From: Blastocatellia bacterium
Lineage (GTDB): Bacteria > Acidobacteriota > Blastocatellia > UBA7656
Direction of reading: 5' to 3'
NCBI GenBank assembly: GCA_963765495.1
Contig: CAVXWP010000001.1
Location: 1,248,715 to 1,312,714, forward strand
Length of the DNA: 64,000 nt
The notes beneath the pieces were generated by a model. The model did not search any database. It was not told where the DNA came from and saw only the letters and a list, made by a program, of their open reading frames with translations. Position numbers and translations under genes: made by a program. Positions 11,218 to 19,995 of the stretch are shown piece after piece (the first letter of the stretch is position 1; each line of letters starts with the position of its first letter).

Positions 11218-12489
11218 ATGCGTATTATTATTCTCAATCAATTCTTTTACCCTGATCATTCGGCCACGAGTCAGTTGATGACCGATCTGGCCGAAAACCT
11301 TGTCGAGCGTGGCGTAGATGTGACTGCGCTTGCCGGACGCGGGCGTTACAACGGCGGCGAACGACTCGCGCCGCGCGAGTCGCACAAGGGTATTCGCATC
11401 GAGCGGGCATGGGCTACGAGCTTTGGCAAGCAAAGCATGCTCGGCAGGCTTTCAGACTACCTGTCGTTTTATGTAGGGGCTTCGTGGAAGCTCATTCGCC
11501 TTCCGCGCCACGATATAGTTATGGCGCTTACGACCCCGCCCCTGATAGGACTTGTAGCTCTCATAATCGGTCGCCTTCGACGAATGCGAGTGGTTGCGCT
11601 CGTGCAGGATATCTATCCCGACATAGCCGTTGCGCTTGGGACGGTTCCGGCGCGAAACCCCGCGACAAAGCTTCTTGACGGGCTCAATCGGTTTATCCTG
11701 CGCGGGGCGGATCGAATAATCGTTCTGAGCGAATGCATGCGCGACCGCATAACGAAAAAGATCGAAGGCGCTCTTTCGCGCATAGATGTCATTCATAACT
11801 GGGCAGACGGGTCGAAGATCAGCCCGCTTGGAGAAGAAGAAAACGCCTTTGCCTCCGAGCATAACTCCGAGGGGAAGTTTGTCGTTCTATTCTCGGGGAA
11901 TTTCGGAAAGGTCAACGAGTTTCAGACCGTACTCGATGCCGCTCTCGTGTTGCGGGACCGCTCCGATATAGCTTTTCTCTTTATAGGCGAAGGTGCAAAA
12001 GCGAGCGAGATCAGACAGTTTTCCGACCGTCACAATCTCACAAATATCCGTCTGCTTCCTTATCAGCCCCGCGAGTCTTTGCGTCTCAGCTTAGCTGCGG
12101 GGCACGCCTCCCTTGTTACACTCGCGGATAATCTGGCCGGTCTCAGCGTGCCGAGCAAAACCTACGGCATTCTTGCGGCGGCCCGGCCCATACTCTTTGT
12201 CGGCGATAGCCGCAGCGAGATAGCGCGCCTCATTTTGGAAAACGACTGTGGTGCAGTAGTAGCCGCCCAACAGAGCGTCCGCCTCGCTCAAATCATATCG
12301 GATTGGGAATCTGATCGGACAAGACTCGAACGGATGGGCGCGGCGGCTCGTTCCTTGTTTGACCGCCGTTTCGACCGGCCCCACGCGGTTAGAGCTTATC
12401 TGGAATCCTTCGCAAAATGCATGGATGCCACCCCTCGTCGCCTGACGAGCGCTCTTGTAAAAAGAGCGGAGCATCGAGGAACTCTGTAA
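11218..12489 (+). CDS. Glycosyltransferase, GT4 family (WcaI-like)
   Basis: 423 aa. MRIIILNQFFYPDHSATSQL N-terminus and SVPSKTYGILAAARPILFVGD, typical of WcaI-type GT4 enzymes. Confidence 0.75.
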   Translation: MRIIILNQFFYPDHSATSQLMTDLAENLVERGVDVTALAGRGRYNGGERLAPRESHKGIRIERAWATSFGKQSMLGRLSDYLSFYVGASWKLIRLPRHDIVMALTTPPLIGLVALIIGRLRRMRVVALVQDIYPDIAVALGTVPARNPATKLLDGLNRFILRGADRIIVLSECMRDRITKKIEGALSRIDVIHNWADGSKISPLGEEENAFASEHNSEGKFVVLFSGNFGKVNEFQTVLDAALVLRDRSDIAFLFIGEGAKASEIRQFSDRHNLTNIRLLPYQPRESLRLSLAAGHASLVTLADNLAGLSVPSKTYGILAAARPILFVGDSRSEIARLILENDCGAVVAAQQSVRLAQIISDWESDRTRLERMGAAARSLFDRRFDRPHAVRAYLESFAKCMDATPRRLTSALVKRAEHRGTL

Positions 12490-12522
12490 AAGAGAATAGC
12501 CTTTCAAGAAAGGGTATAGAGT

Positions 12523-14109
12523 ATGTCATTTATATTCCTCACTGCCTTTGTTTGCTCGCTCCTGCTTTCGTTCGTCCTTACGCGCTATGTGCGTAACCTG
12601 GCGGTCGCTCGCGGGTGGGCGGCGACTCCTCCCATGCCGCATCACATTCATGCCAACCCCATACCCAGATTGGGAGGAGTGGGCATCTATCTCTCCGTCG
12701 CTTTGATTACGGGCCTGATGTTAGTTGGAGCGAAGCTGTTCAATTATGATATAGGCCCCATACAACATCGCGCGCTCTACATCCTTCTTGCGGGTACTAT
12801 AGTTTTTGTGCTTGGGTTTTACGATGATATTTATTCGGTTAGTCCTTACATAAAATTTGCGACACAGACTCTTGGCGCATTGGTGCTATATTTATCGGGG
12901 ATTCATGTGGGCGGTTTGCCGCCTCTTTTAGGCGGCTATGATCCGGGCTGGTGGTTGTCCCTGCCTCTAACAATTCTCTGGGTCTTATGGATTACAAATG
13001 CCTTCAATCTGATCGACGGGATTGACGGGCTCGCAGCCGGATCGGCGTTGTTTTCAACCCTGACAGTCTTTGTCATAGCATTGATTAGCGGCAACAACAT
13101 GACCTCGCTACTAGCCATCATTATGGGCGGCGCGATACTCGGTTTCCTTCGATTCAATTTCAACCCGGCGACTATTTTCTTAGGGGACTGCGGAAGCCTG
13201 TTTCTGGGATTTATGTTAAGCGCGCTCGCACTCGTCGGATCGCAGAAAGCCTCTACCGTGTTTGCCGTAGCCGTGCCGGTAGTCTCATTCGGACTGCCTG
13301 TGCTTGAAACGCTGATTTCCATCGCGCGTCGCTTCCTTAGCGGAAAGCCGCTGTTTTCGCCCGACCGCGATCACATACATCACAAGTTGCTTGATAGAGG
13401 TTTGTCTCAACGTCAGGTCGTGATAACCCTTTACGGGGTCTCAGCCATTTGCGGGTTATTGAGCCTTTTTCTTCTGGCTCCCGGCGGCGCTCCCGTGGCA
13501 GTAGTACTTTTCGTGCTGGGTGCGGGCATCTGGATAGGAGTCCAGCACCTCGGCTATCACGAGTTTTACGAACTCCGTAGAGTTGCCAATCGCACCATGA
13601 GCCAGAAGCGGATCATTGTAAACAACCTGTCTATCAGACGTGCAGTGGCAGAACTGCCGAAAGCTGAAAACCTCCTCGATCTTTGCTCAATACTTGAAAC
13701 TGCGTTTGAAAGCAATGATTTTGATAGCTTCCACCTCAGTCTCGCGCCCCGTGCCGCCGGGACACAGTTTATGACTGATGACCCTGAACTTACAGGTAGG
13801 CATAATTATATCTGGCACAAGCCAGCGGGAGGCAGAAGCATAGACACAGAATCCTTGCCCCACTGGACGCTTGTACTTCAATTGATGACAAAGGAAGGAT
13901 CGAACGGCTATTTCCTGCTCTACCGCGCCAGCAACGAACGCCCGCTACTGGTTGACGTAAATCTGCTTACATTAGAATTTCAAGTTGCCTTGTCTAAGGC
14001 GGTCGATCGCATAGTTGCTAAACCTAAGCGACAGCAGGTGATGAAGCAGTCGTCGCTGGTACAGGGGAAAGCCGTGGCCTTTGTGCCTGAAGTAATTAGC
14101 AAGTCATAA
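12523..14109 (+). CDS. Polyprenyl-phosphate sugar-1-phosphate transferase, MraY/WecA family, with a ~180-aa C-terminal extension
   Basis: 528 aa and multi-pass hydrophobic. NAFNLIDGIDGLAAG and FLGDCGSLFLGF motifs of glycosyltransferase family 4 (MraY/WecA). Residues ~345-528 are soluble with no motif I recognise. Confidence 0.8.
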   Translation: MSFIFLTAFVCSLLLSFVLTRYVRNLAVARGWAATPPMPHHIHANPIPRLGGVGIYLSVALITGLMLVGAKLFNYDIGPIQHRALYILLAGTIVFVLGFYDDIYSVSPYIKFATQTLGALVLYLSGIHVGGLPPLLGGYDPGWWLSLPLTILWVLWITNAFNLIDGIDGLAAGSALFSTLTVFVIALISGNNMTSLLAIIMGGAILGFLRFNFNPATIFLGDCGSLFLGFMLSALALVGSQKASTVFAVAVPVVSFGLPVLETLISIARRFLSGKPLFSPDRDHIHHKLLDRGLSQRQVVITLYGVSAICGLLSLFLLAPGGAPVAVVLFVLGAGIWIGVQHLGYHEFYELRRVANRTMSQKRIIVNNLSIRRAVAELPKAENLLDLCSILETAFESNDFDSFHLSLAPRAAGTQFMTDDPELTGRHNYIWHKPAGGRSIDTESLPHWTLVLQLMTKEGSNGYFLLYRASNERPLLVDVNLLTLEFQVALSKAVDRIVAKPKRQQVMKQSSLVQGKAVAFVPEVISKS

Positions 14110-14370
14110 GTTTTATCAAGAGAAAGCCCCCGAAGCGTAAGGTAATTAAAGATTGCCATCCACGCTGCCCGTAGGTGTATATAGCCCGCGCCTGCGAATC
14201 GCCTTCCACTCCTACCTCGACCATCGCCAGTTCTTCTCCTCCTTCATCTTCAAAGCGAAAACGATCCCCGCTTCCAACCCGGGCAGGGACAAGCCCGCGC
14301 CGTGCGAAGCACCGTCTGCGCCAATCGCCCCTACAGGCTACATTGAGTTGAAACCCGCTATAATTGAAGA

Positions 14371-16239
14371 TTACTCCCGCGCCTTGAGTCTCGCTTTGAG
14401 ATCGAAGTCCGGTGTCCTGATTGCGCCAATCAGATTCTGTGCTATGCACAAATCTCGAAACCGGCCATTCTGCTTTGCCATTAGGGAATTGCCGTTACCT
14501 GATTCGACCAAACGCCCTCCTTCAAGCACATAGACCATGTCCGCATTGAGAATAGTTGAAAGCCTGTGGGTTATTATCAGGATGGTTATGCGGCCATGAA
14601 GATTCTCTATCGCGCCTTGAATGCGTCTCTCATTTTCGGAATCAAGTGCGCTGGTCGCTTCATCCAGGATCAATAGCGAAGGCTTGCGTAGGATCGCTCT
14701 TGCTAAAGCCAGTCTTTGCCTTTCCCCGCCTGAAAGCCGCGCGCCGCGATCCCCCAGAATCGTTTCTATTCCCTCTGGCAGTGCCGAAACAAAATCTTCT
14801 GCTGCCGCAAGCCTTAAAGCCTTATTAATCTCTTCGTCGCTTGCCAGGGGGCAGGCCCAGACAAGATTAGCCCGCACAGTGTCGTGAAATAAGAAGGTGT
14901 CTTGCGTGACATAGCCTATCTGGTCCCGCCAGCTTGCAGCGCACCCGGCTCTGAGAGGCGTCCTGTCAATCAAGACGCAGCCTTCGGTAGGAGTCACCAG
15001 TCCAATGATAAGGTCTGCAATCGTACTCTTGCCCGCGCCCGAAGGCCCGACAATAGCGGTCGTCTGGCCTGCGGGGATATCCAAGCTGAGATCGCAGATT
15101 ATATCCTTCCCGTCTTCGTCATATCTGAATGATACATTTTCCAGTTGTAATGAATCAGTCAGAGAGACTCCCTGTGTCTCAGCTACCTTGTTTTCAGAAG
15201 CGGCTTCGCACCTTTCCTGCATCTTTTTTACCGTAGCAAACGAAGGCAGCAGGTTTATAAATTGCTGGTAGTTTTGTTGAATGTTTGAGAGTCTCGGCAT
15301 GATACGGGCAAATACGAACAGCAGCAAAAGCACTTCTGCGGTTGGGAGCGAGAGCACCTTGAAGGCGATGTAAACGATCAGGCTTAAGACAAGAACTGAC
15401 CCTATCTCGAACCATAATCTCAAATCGGCGTAATCGCGTGTTCCCTCAACGCTGACTTTCGTCACCCGTTCGATCAGCGAGGAAAACATTCTTCCAGTTC
15501 GCTCTTCGGCGTTATAGCTCTTTATCGTTTTTAATGCGCCCAGATGCTCTATTGTCGCGGCATACATCTCGTTGCTGATTCTTGAGTACTCCTCGCCGTT
15601 TACACGCGAAGCCCGAACCTTTCCCTTGAGCAGAAACAACAGCGCCGCCCCGCAGGCAAATACGAGTGCCGACATCGCTGTCGAAAGACGAACGGCCAGA
15701 GCGATATAGACCAGGGCTATCGTGGAATTAGATATCAGAAATAAGAGACTGTAGGTTGCCGAGTAAACGCGGTCGAGTTCTGATGTAAGAGCGTGAGTGA
15801 AATCCGAGGCCCGGCTTTTTGAAAGGAATATCCACCCGGCATTCATTATTGCCTCGTATATCTGCCGCCGCAGATGATCCACGAATTCGTAACCGAGCGC
15901 GAGACTCGAAATGGTTTGCCGACGGGACAACAGCGCGTGCGAGCAGGTTATCGCTATGTAGATAAAGAGAACCGTGATCAAAGTTGGGTGCAATCCGGTG
16001 GCCGCAAAAAAAGAAGATGCGATTTCGGCAAGGCGGCCTATGTTGCCTTGCTGCACATCCAGGCCCACGAGTCCCATCAGCGGCAACAGCAAAAGCAACC
16101 CTATGCCTTCGGTCAGGCCAACCAGGATCATCAGCCCCAGCACGATCAGCACCCTCCACCGAAGGGTATCGAGCAGGGTTGCCGTATAGGATCCAAGCAA
16201 ACCGCGCCCGTCCGCAGATTCAGCTTTCTTTTCCACCAT
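14371..16239 (-). CDS. ABC exporter (fused permease plus ATPase), probable lasso-peptide exporter (McjD-like)
   Basis: 622 aa. N-terminal half is transmembrane. Walker A GPSGAGKST, signature LSGGERQR, Walker B LLILDEATSALD. It is the last gene of the lasso cluster. Confidence 0.8.
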   Translation of the reverse strand: MVEKKAESADGRGLLGSYTATLLDTLRWRVLIVLGLMILVGLTEGIGLLLLLPLMGLVGLDVQQGNIGRLAEIASSFFAATGLHPTLITVLFIYIAITCSHALLSRRQTISSLALGYEFVDHLRRQIYEAIMNAGWIFLSKSRASDFTHALTSELDRVYSATYSLLFLISNSTIALVYIALAVRLSTAMSALVFACGAALLFLLKGKVRASRVNGEEYSRISNEMYAATIEHLGALKTIKSYNAEERTGRMFSSLIERVTKVSVEGTRDYADLRLWFEIGSVLVLSLIVYIAFKVLSLPTAEVLLLLFVFARIMPRLSNIQQNYQQFINLLPSFATVKKMQERCEAASENKVAETQGVSLTDSLQLENVSFRYDEDGKDIICDLSLDIPAGQTTAIVGPSGAGKSTIADLIIGLVTPTEGCVLIDRTPLRAGCAASWRDQIGYVTQDTFLFHDTVRANLVWACPLASDEEINKALRLAAAEDFVSALPEGIETILGDRGARLSGGERQRLALARAILRKPSLLILDEATSALDSENERRIQGAIENLHGRITILIITHRLSTILNADMVYVLEGGRLVESGNGNSLMAKQNGRFRDLCIAQNLIGAIRTPDFDLKARLKARE

Positions 16240-16255
16240 CTTTAACTCCGTTAGC

Positions 16256-17449
16256 TCAGTCCTCGCGCCTTATTATTCTCTGCATGTATTTTGTGGCCAG
16301 CCTGAGGGGGCGCAAGAAATAATAGAGTAAAGAGATGGAAGAAGGCAGGCTCAATAGCTCCCATTCGAGAGGAGTTGGGACCGCATTGTCGAGGATCAAT
16401 CTGGCCTTATCGCGCAACCGCTTCATCGTTTTTATATAGAAAAGGTCTTCTTCAAAAAACCATGCCCGGCCATCTACCTCTCGAAAGAGCTTTGCGCCTG
16501 CCTCTGCCGCGAGTGGTTTTACGATTGGGTCGGTTTGAGTTTCCCTCAAGACATCGTCGGGGACATCGGCCTCAAGCATCTCATAGGCGAGCAGGATGCC
16601 GAGAAAGAGCATGCGTTCGCTGCCTGCGGCTCTTGCCTGTTTGATCATCTGCGCCCAGTTCATTTGTTCGTATGTCCGGGTGAGTTCGGCCAGATCGCAT
16701 ATCCAGTTCAAATGCTTCCAGGCGTGTTTTGCCCCGTGCACGCATAAGAGTAGAAACAAATCTTCGGAAGAGAGAGTTGGAACCCTGGCTCCATCCATAG
16801 AGATATGCTCGATCCGCTTCCAGTAATCCTCGGGGTCGGGCGCGAATGTGTACCTCGTAGGCACGATTGACCAGTGAAGATCAACCGTCGTCATCCAGTT
16901 CTCGGTTCCGAAAGCATGCTCGCATCGGAACTCGATGAGGGAAGCCTCCTGCTCGCGGGTAAGATCGAATTGCGGCTCGAACCCGGTTGAGCTTAATAGC
17001 TCGCTGATCTTTGGAACATCTGACTTGCGCACCAGAATGTCAAGATCGAGGAATTGCCTGAGCGCGATGTCTCCGTAAACGCTCCGGGCAAGGATCGGCC
17101 CCTTGAAGGGGATCGCCTCGATGCCGTGAGATTCGACAAGCTTCAGAAGTTTTATCAATTCGTTGGTCAGAAAAAGATTGTATCCTGTATTAAAATGAAA
17201 TTGCTCTCGAAGCCGGAGCAGAACCTGTTCGGGAATCTGCTCAGGGCAAATGGCTTTGAGGTGATAATACAGAAGCGGCATCACTGCGTGCCTGAAAGCC
17301 ATCGCCGACAGGTAATCCCAATCTATTTCTTGCTTGAGTAAAGACCTGATTCGATCAGCTTTTTCAGTCGTCATGCGCGCCCGCGTGCAGCAGATAAGAA
17401 TTTCAACTTCGGGGCGCGCGCCGATTGTAGTGATGCTTATAGATTTCAT
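16256..17449 (-). CDS. Nucleotidyltransferase-family protein (lasso-cluster associated)
   Basis: 397 aa. The LDLDILV motif and overall pattern match the uncharacterised nucleotidyltransferase family that accompanies HPr-kinase-like genes in lasso clusters. Confidence 0.6.
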   Translation of the reverse strand: MKSISITTIGARPEVEILICCTRARMTTEKADRIRSLLKQEIDWDYLSAMAFRHAVMPLLYYHLKAICPEQIPEQVLLRLREQFHFNTGYNLFLTNELIKLLKLVESHGIEAIPFKGPILARSVYGDIALRQFLDLDILVRKSDVPKISELLSSTGFEPQFDLTREQEASLIEFRCEHAFGTENWMTTVDLHWSIVPTRYTFAPDPEDYWKRIEHISMDGARVPTLSSEDLFLLLCVHGAKHAWKHLNWICDLAELTRTYEQMNWAQMIKQARAAGSERMLFLGILLAYEMLEADVPDDVLRETQTDPIVKPLAAEAGAKLFREVDGRAWFFEEDLFYIKTMKRLRDKARLILDNAVPTPLEWELLSLPSSISLLYYFLRPLRLATKYMQRIIRRED

Positions 17450-17549
17450 GCGGCCCTTCTTTTACAATCCCGGCCATCAGTGAAGCCGAACAGCCGAGTT
17501 TGATTCAACGATTCGGCAGAGCATAGGGCCTGTTGATCGAGAGATACTT

Positions 17550-18698
17550 CTATCGGCTGTATTTTAGCGATAAATCGCCGATCCTGCTCAGGGCGTCGTG
17601 CGAAGTCTTGAAGCGAGCGGGAAATCTATCTGAAATCCGGCGCGCGATTTCGTCGAGTGAAGTTTGCCCATCCATCTCGGAGAGGATAAAGCGATCTATC
17701 TCGCCTTCTTCATCGAGCGCGGGCGCATAGTTTGAGGCGCGTTTGCGGAGCCGAGCCGGAGACAAAGGCGCGCCGAAAAAGGTTGATTGTTTGAAATCGG
17801 CTTTTACGGCCCGGGGATCATTCTGATCAAGGATGCGAGTGTTCCAGCGCCAGATGTAATCCTCTTCTACAAGATCGCCTTGCAGGATAAGAGAAACTCT
17901 GTCGTCAGCGGCAATAGCTACCGGTTCATACAAGGGAAATAAGGCATTGCCGTAGATGAGTTCAGGCTCGCCGGGGGCATTGGAAAAGCCCACCCCTTCT
18001 ATTAAAGAGGCGTCAAACCATGCGATTATTGCGTGCGCGGTTCCCGCCCGCTTCGCGGTCCAGACAAGTTCTGCGCTTACATCAGGGTTTTCTATGGTGT
18101 TGTAATCGAGCGTGGCCCAGCATTGCGGTTCAAGTAAGAGTTGTTCTGGCCTGACGCGACTCTTCCTCCAGGTATTGACCACGATTTTATGGGCCGCGCG
18201 CATATCGAGGCCGTAGTCATTGGCTCTCCAAGGGATTTTGTATTGATCGTATAAATCAGGCGCGTCAACAACAGAGGCCCACATCGTATCGCGCAGTGGA
18301 ATCAGCGTGCCGCCGGGCACGAGCAGCCTCTTGCGCGCATCAATTAACGAAGGAATGTGATTCTGAAAAAAAGAGAGTACGCCGCGCATATCAGAGACAA
18401 TAACATCAGCCTGTTCGGGCAAGGTTATTCGAGTTGATAAATCCTGGATAAACTCGATGCGTCCGTCGAGTTCGTTAGCAGCGGCGATCTCTTTAGCTAT
18501 TTGAATGGCATCATCCGGCTCAACCCCGTAGACGCGGCGAGCGCCGAATTGACAGGCGAGCATGGCGAAGATTCCAGTGCCTGTGCCTATGTCGAGCACC
18601 ACCGCGCCGGGTTTGATCGCCTGACGTAACGCCTGAACATAGCCGCTCATGCGCGCACTGTCGGTGATCATTTTTCCATAGGCGGATATAGTATACAT
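17550..18698 (-). CDS. Class-I SAM methyltransferase with PRMT-like architecture and a PqqD/RRE-like C-terminal tail
   Basis: 382 aa. [20 protein letters not shown] plus [28 protein letters not shown] parallels the PRMT1 N-terminus and motif I. The double-E loop position reads [14 protein letters not shown]. The tail [24 protein letters not shown] resembles PqqD. Confidence 0.6.
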   Translation of the reverse strand: [382 protein letters not shown]

Positions 18699-18699
18699 T

Positions 18700-19710
18700 T
18701 TAACCCTGTTCGGCCCCCGCGCAGATCAAAGCAGGTTGTGTCAAAGTCTGAAAATCATCAATCAATACATCGCATAGTTTTGACAGATACGCCGGGTTCG
18801 TATGAGGGATCGCTCGCCGCACCGGCACACCTTCAATAATACGATTCAGCAATTCGAACTCCTGAGCGCGCCTTATCTTATCCAAGAGATAATTTGTATA
18901 GGTGTTTGCGATTAAGCTGATCAGTGTTTCCCTGGAGGCTACAGCTTCGACGAAGGGAGCCCTCGGATCATCAATCCGGTTGGAGAGAATGTAAATCGCG
19001 GCAAGAGGGAGCGGGTGTCGCTGAAAATGGTAGCCTTCTTTTGTCAGATCCAGATACCGTTTATCCCAGGTGGGGGTCAGTCGCGGAAGGGCTTCGGACG
19101 AACCGTACAGGACATTGACCGATTCAGGCCATAGGCGAACGCGCGGATATGCTGGTTGAACCAGGAAGTGATCGCCCATATCGGAAAGCACAGTGACATC
19201 ATCCGATAAAACCGAATAACCCAGTTCTCCAAATGCCGCGGCAGTTGTTGATTTGCCCGCGCCCGCCGCGCCGAGCAAAACAATTGCCTGATCGCCTACA
19301 GCAATCGCGCTGGCGTGCATGCAGGTGACGCCGCGCAGGCGCAGCACGAATCCGAGCACCGGGCCGAGCAGGTAGGTAGCCGTATCTTCAAGCGTCAGAT
19401 CATCCGGCCATCTGGCCCATATCTCTGTTCCTGATTTATCAACGATAAATTCGGTCCCGTCGCCGTAAAGCAGGCGAAAATAACCTCCATCCACTTCCCA
19501 CACTCTTAAAGTCGGGCGGTCTTGCTCATCTCTACTCGTGGTGACATACCAAATCTGCTGAGAGACACAGGTCGGGTCGTCCATCCACGAAGGCATCAGT
19601 CCCAACCATACCCGCACATCCGTATGTGACACCCTCGCCTGAGCAATCGGCCCTGGTATAGGCAGGTTTGCACAGATTCTCAACCCATAGGCAAAATAAT
19701 GTAATGCCAT
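18700..19710 (-). CDS. HPr-kinase-related kinase (lasso-peptide kinase-like)
   Basis: 336 aa. MHASAIAVGDQAIVLLGAAGAGKSTTAAAF is the HprK C-terminal-domain P-loop pattern. Located directly downstream of the precursor gene. Confidence 0.7.
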   Translation of the reverse strand: MALHYFAYGLRICANLPIPGPIAQARVSHTDVRVWLGLMPSWMDDPTCVSQQIWYVTTSRDEQDRPTLRVWEVDGGYFRLLYGDGTEFIVDKSGTEIWARWPDDLTLEDTATYLLGPVLGFVLRLRGVTCMHASAIAVGDQAIVLLGAAGAGKSTTAAAFGELGYSVLSDDVTVLSDMGDHFLVQPAYPRVRLWPESVNVLYGSSEALPRLTPTWDKRYLDLTKEGYHFQRHPLPLAAIYILSNRIDDPRAPFVEAVASRETLISLIANTYTNYLLDKIRRAQEFELLNRIIEGVPVRRAIPHTNPAYLSKLCDVLIDDFQTLTQPALICAGAEQG

Positions 19711-19770
19711 AGTCCTTAAAGAGATGAATTATCTTCCGTACAGTAAAACGGTAATTCTACACGGATACAG

Positions 19771-19805
19771 GCACTAGATGGGGAGCGTCTTTTCCTATCT
19801 AGTGC
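19771..19805 (-). terminator. Stem-loop after the precursor gene (possible attenuator)
   Basis: 9-bp stem, gcactagat (19771-19779) with atctagtgc (19797-19805), and a 17-nt loop. No clear U-tract on the minus strand. Confidence 0.3.
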
Positions 19806-19845
19806 ACAATCAAAAACCGAGGGAGTTAATTTTACTTAATACTCG

Positions 19846-19995
19846 CTACGCTGTTTTAGTTTCCATGCCCAAACCGCCATCACCCGCTACCTTTGCCATG
19901 CCCACGTTCTGTGTTATCTCGCGGATGTTGCCATAGGCAACCATCTCGGGGCTTTTATATGCCTTTCCTGGTTGGTTCTCATCCTGTGACTTCAT
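19846..19995 (-). CDS. Lasso-peptide precursor (49 aa): MKSQDENQPGKAYKSPEMVAYGNIREITQNVGMAKVAGDGGLGMETKTA
   Basis: ATG at 19995 preceded by GAAGGAGAAATACT. The start lies 17 nt inside the 3' end of the cyclase gene. The leader fits Y-x2-P-x-(L/M)-x3-G-x5-T-x. Confidence 0.7.
   Translation of the reverse strand: MKSQDENQPGKAYKSPEMVAYGNIREITQNVGMAKVAGDGGLGMETKTA

Noticed and set aside
14096-14449. 117-aa minus-strand ORF in the gap between the WecA-like gene and the ABC exporter.
   Set aside because: It overlaps the 3' ends of both flanking genes and has no RBS or motif. A short protein-like stretch (DRFRFEDEGGEELAMVEV) is not enough to support a call.
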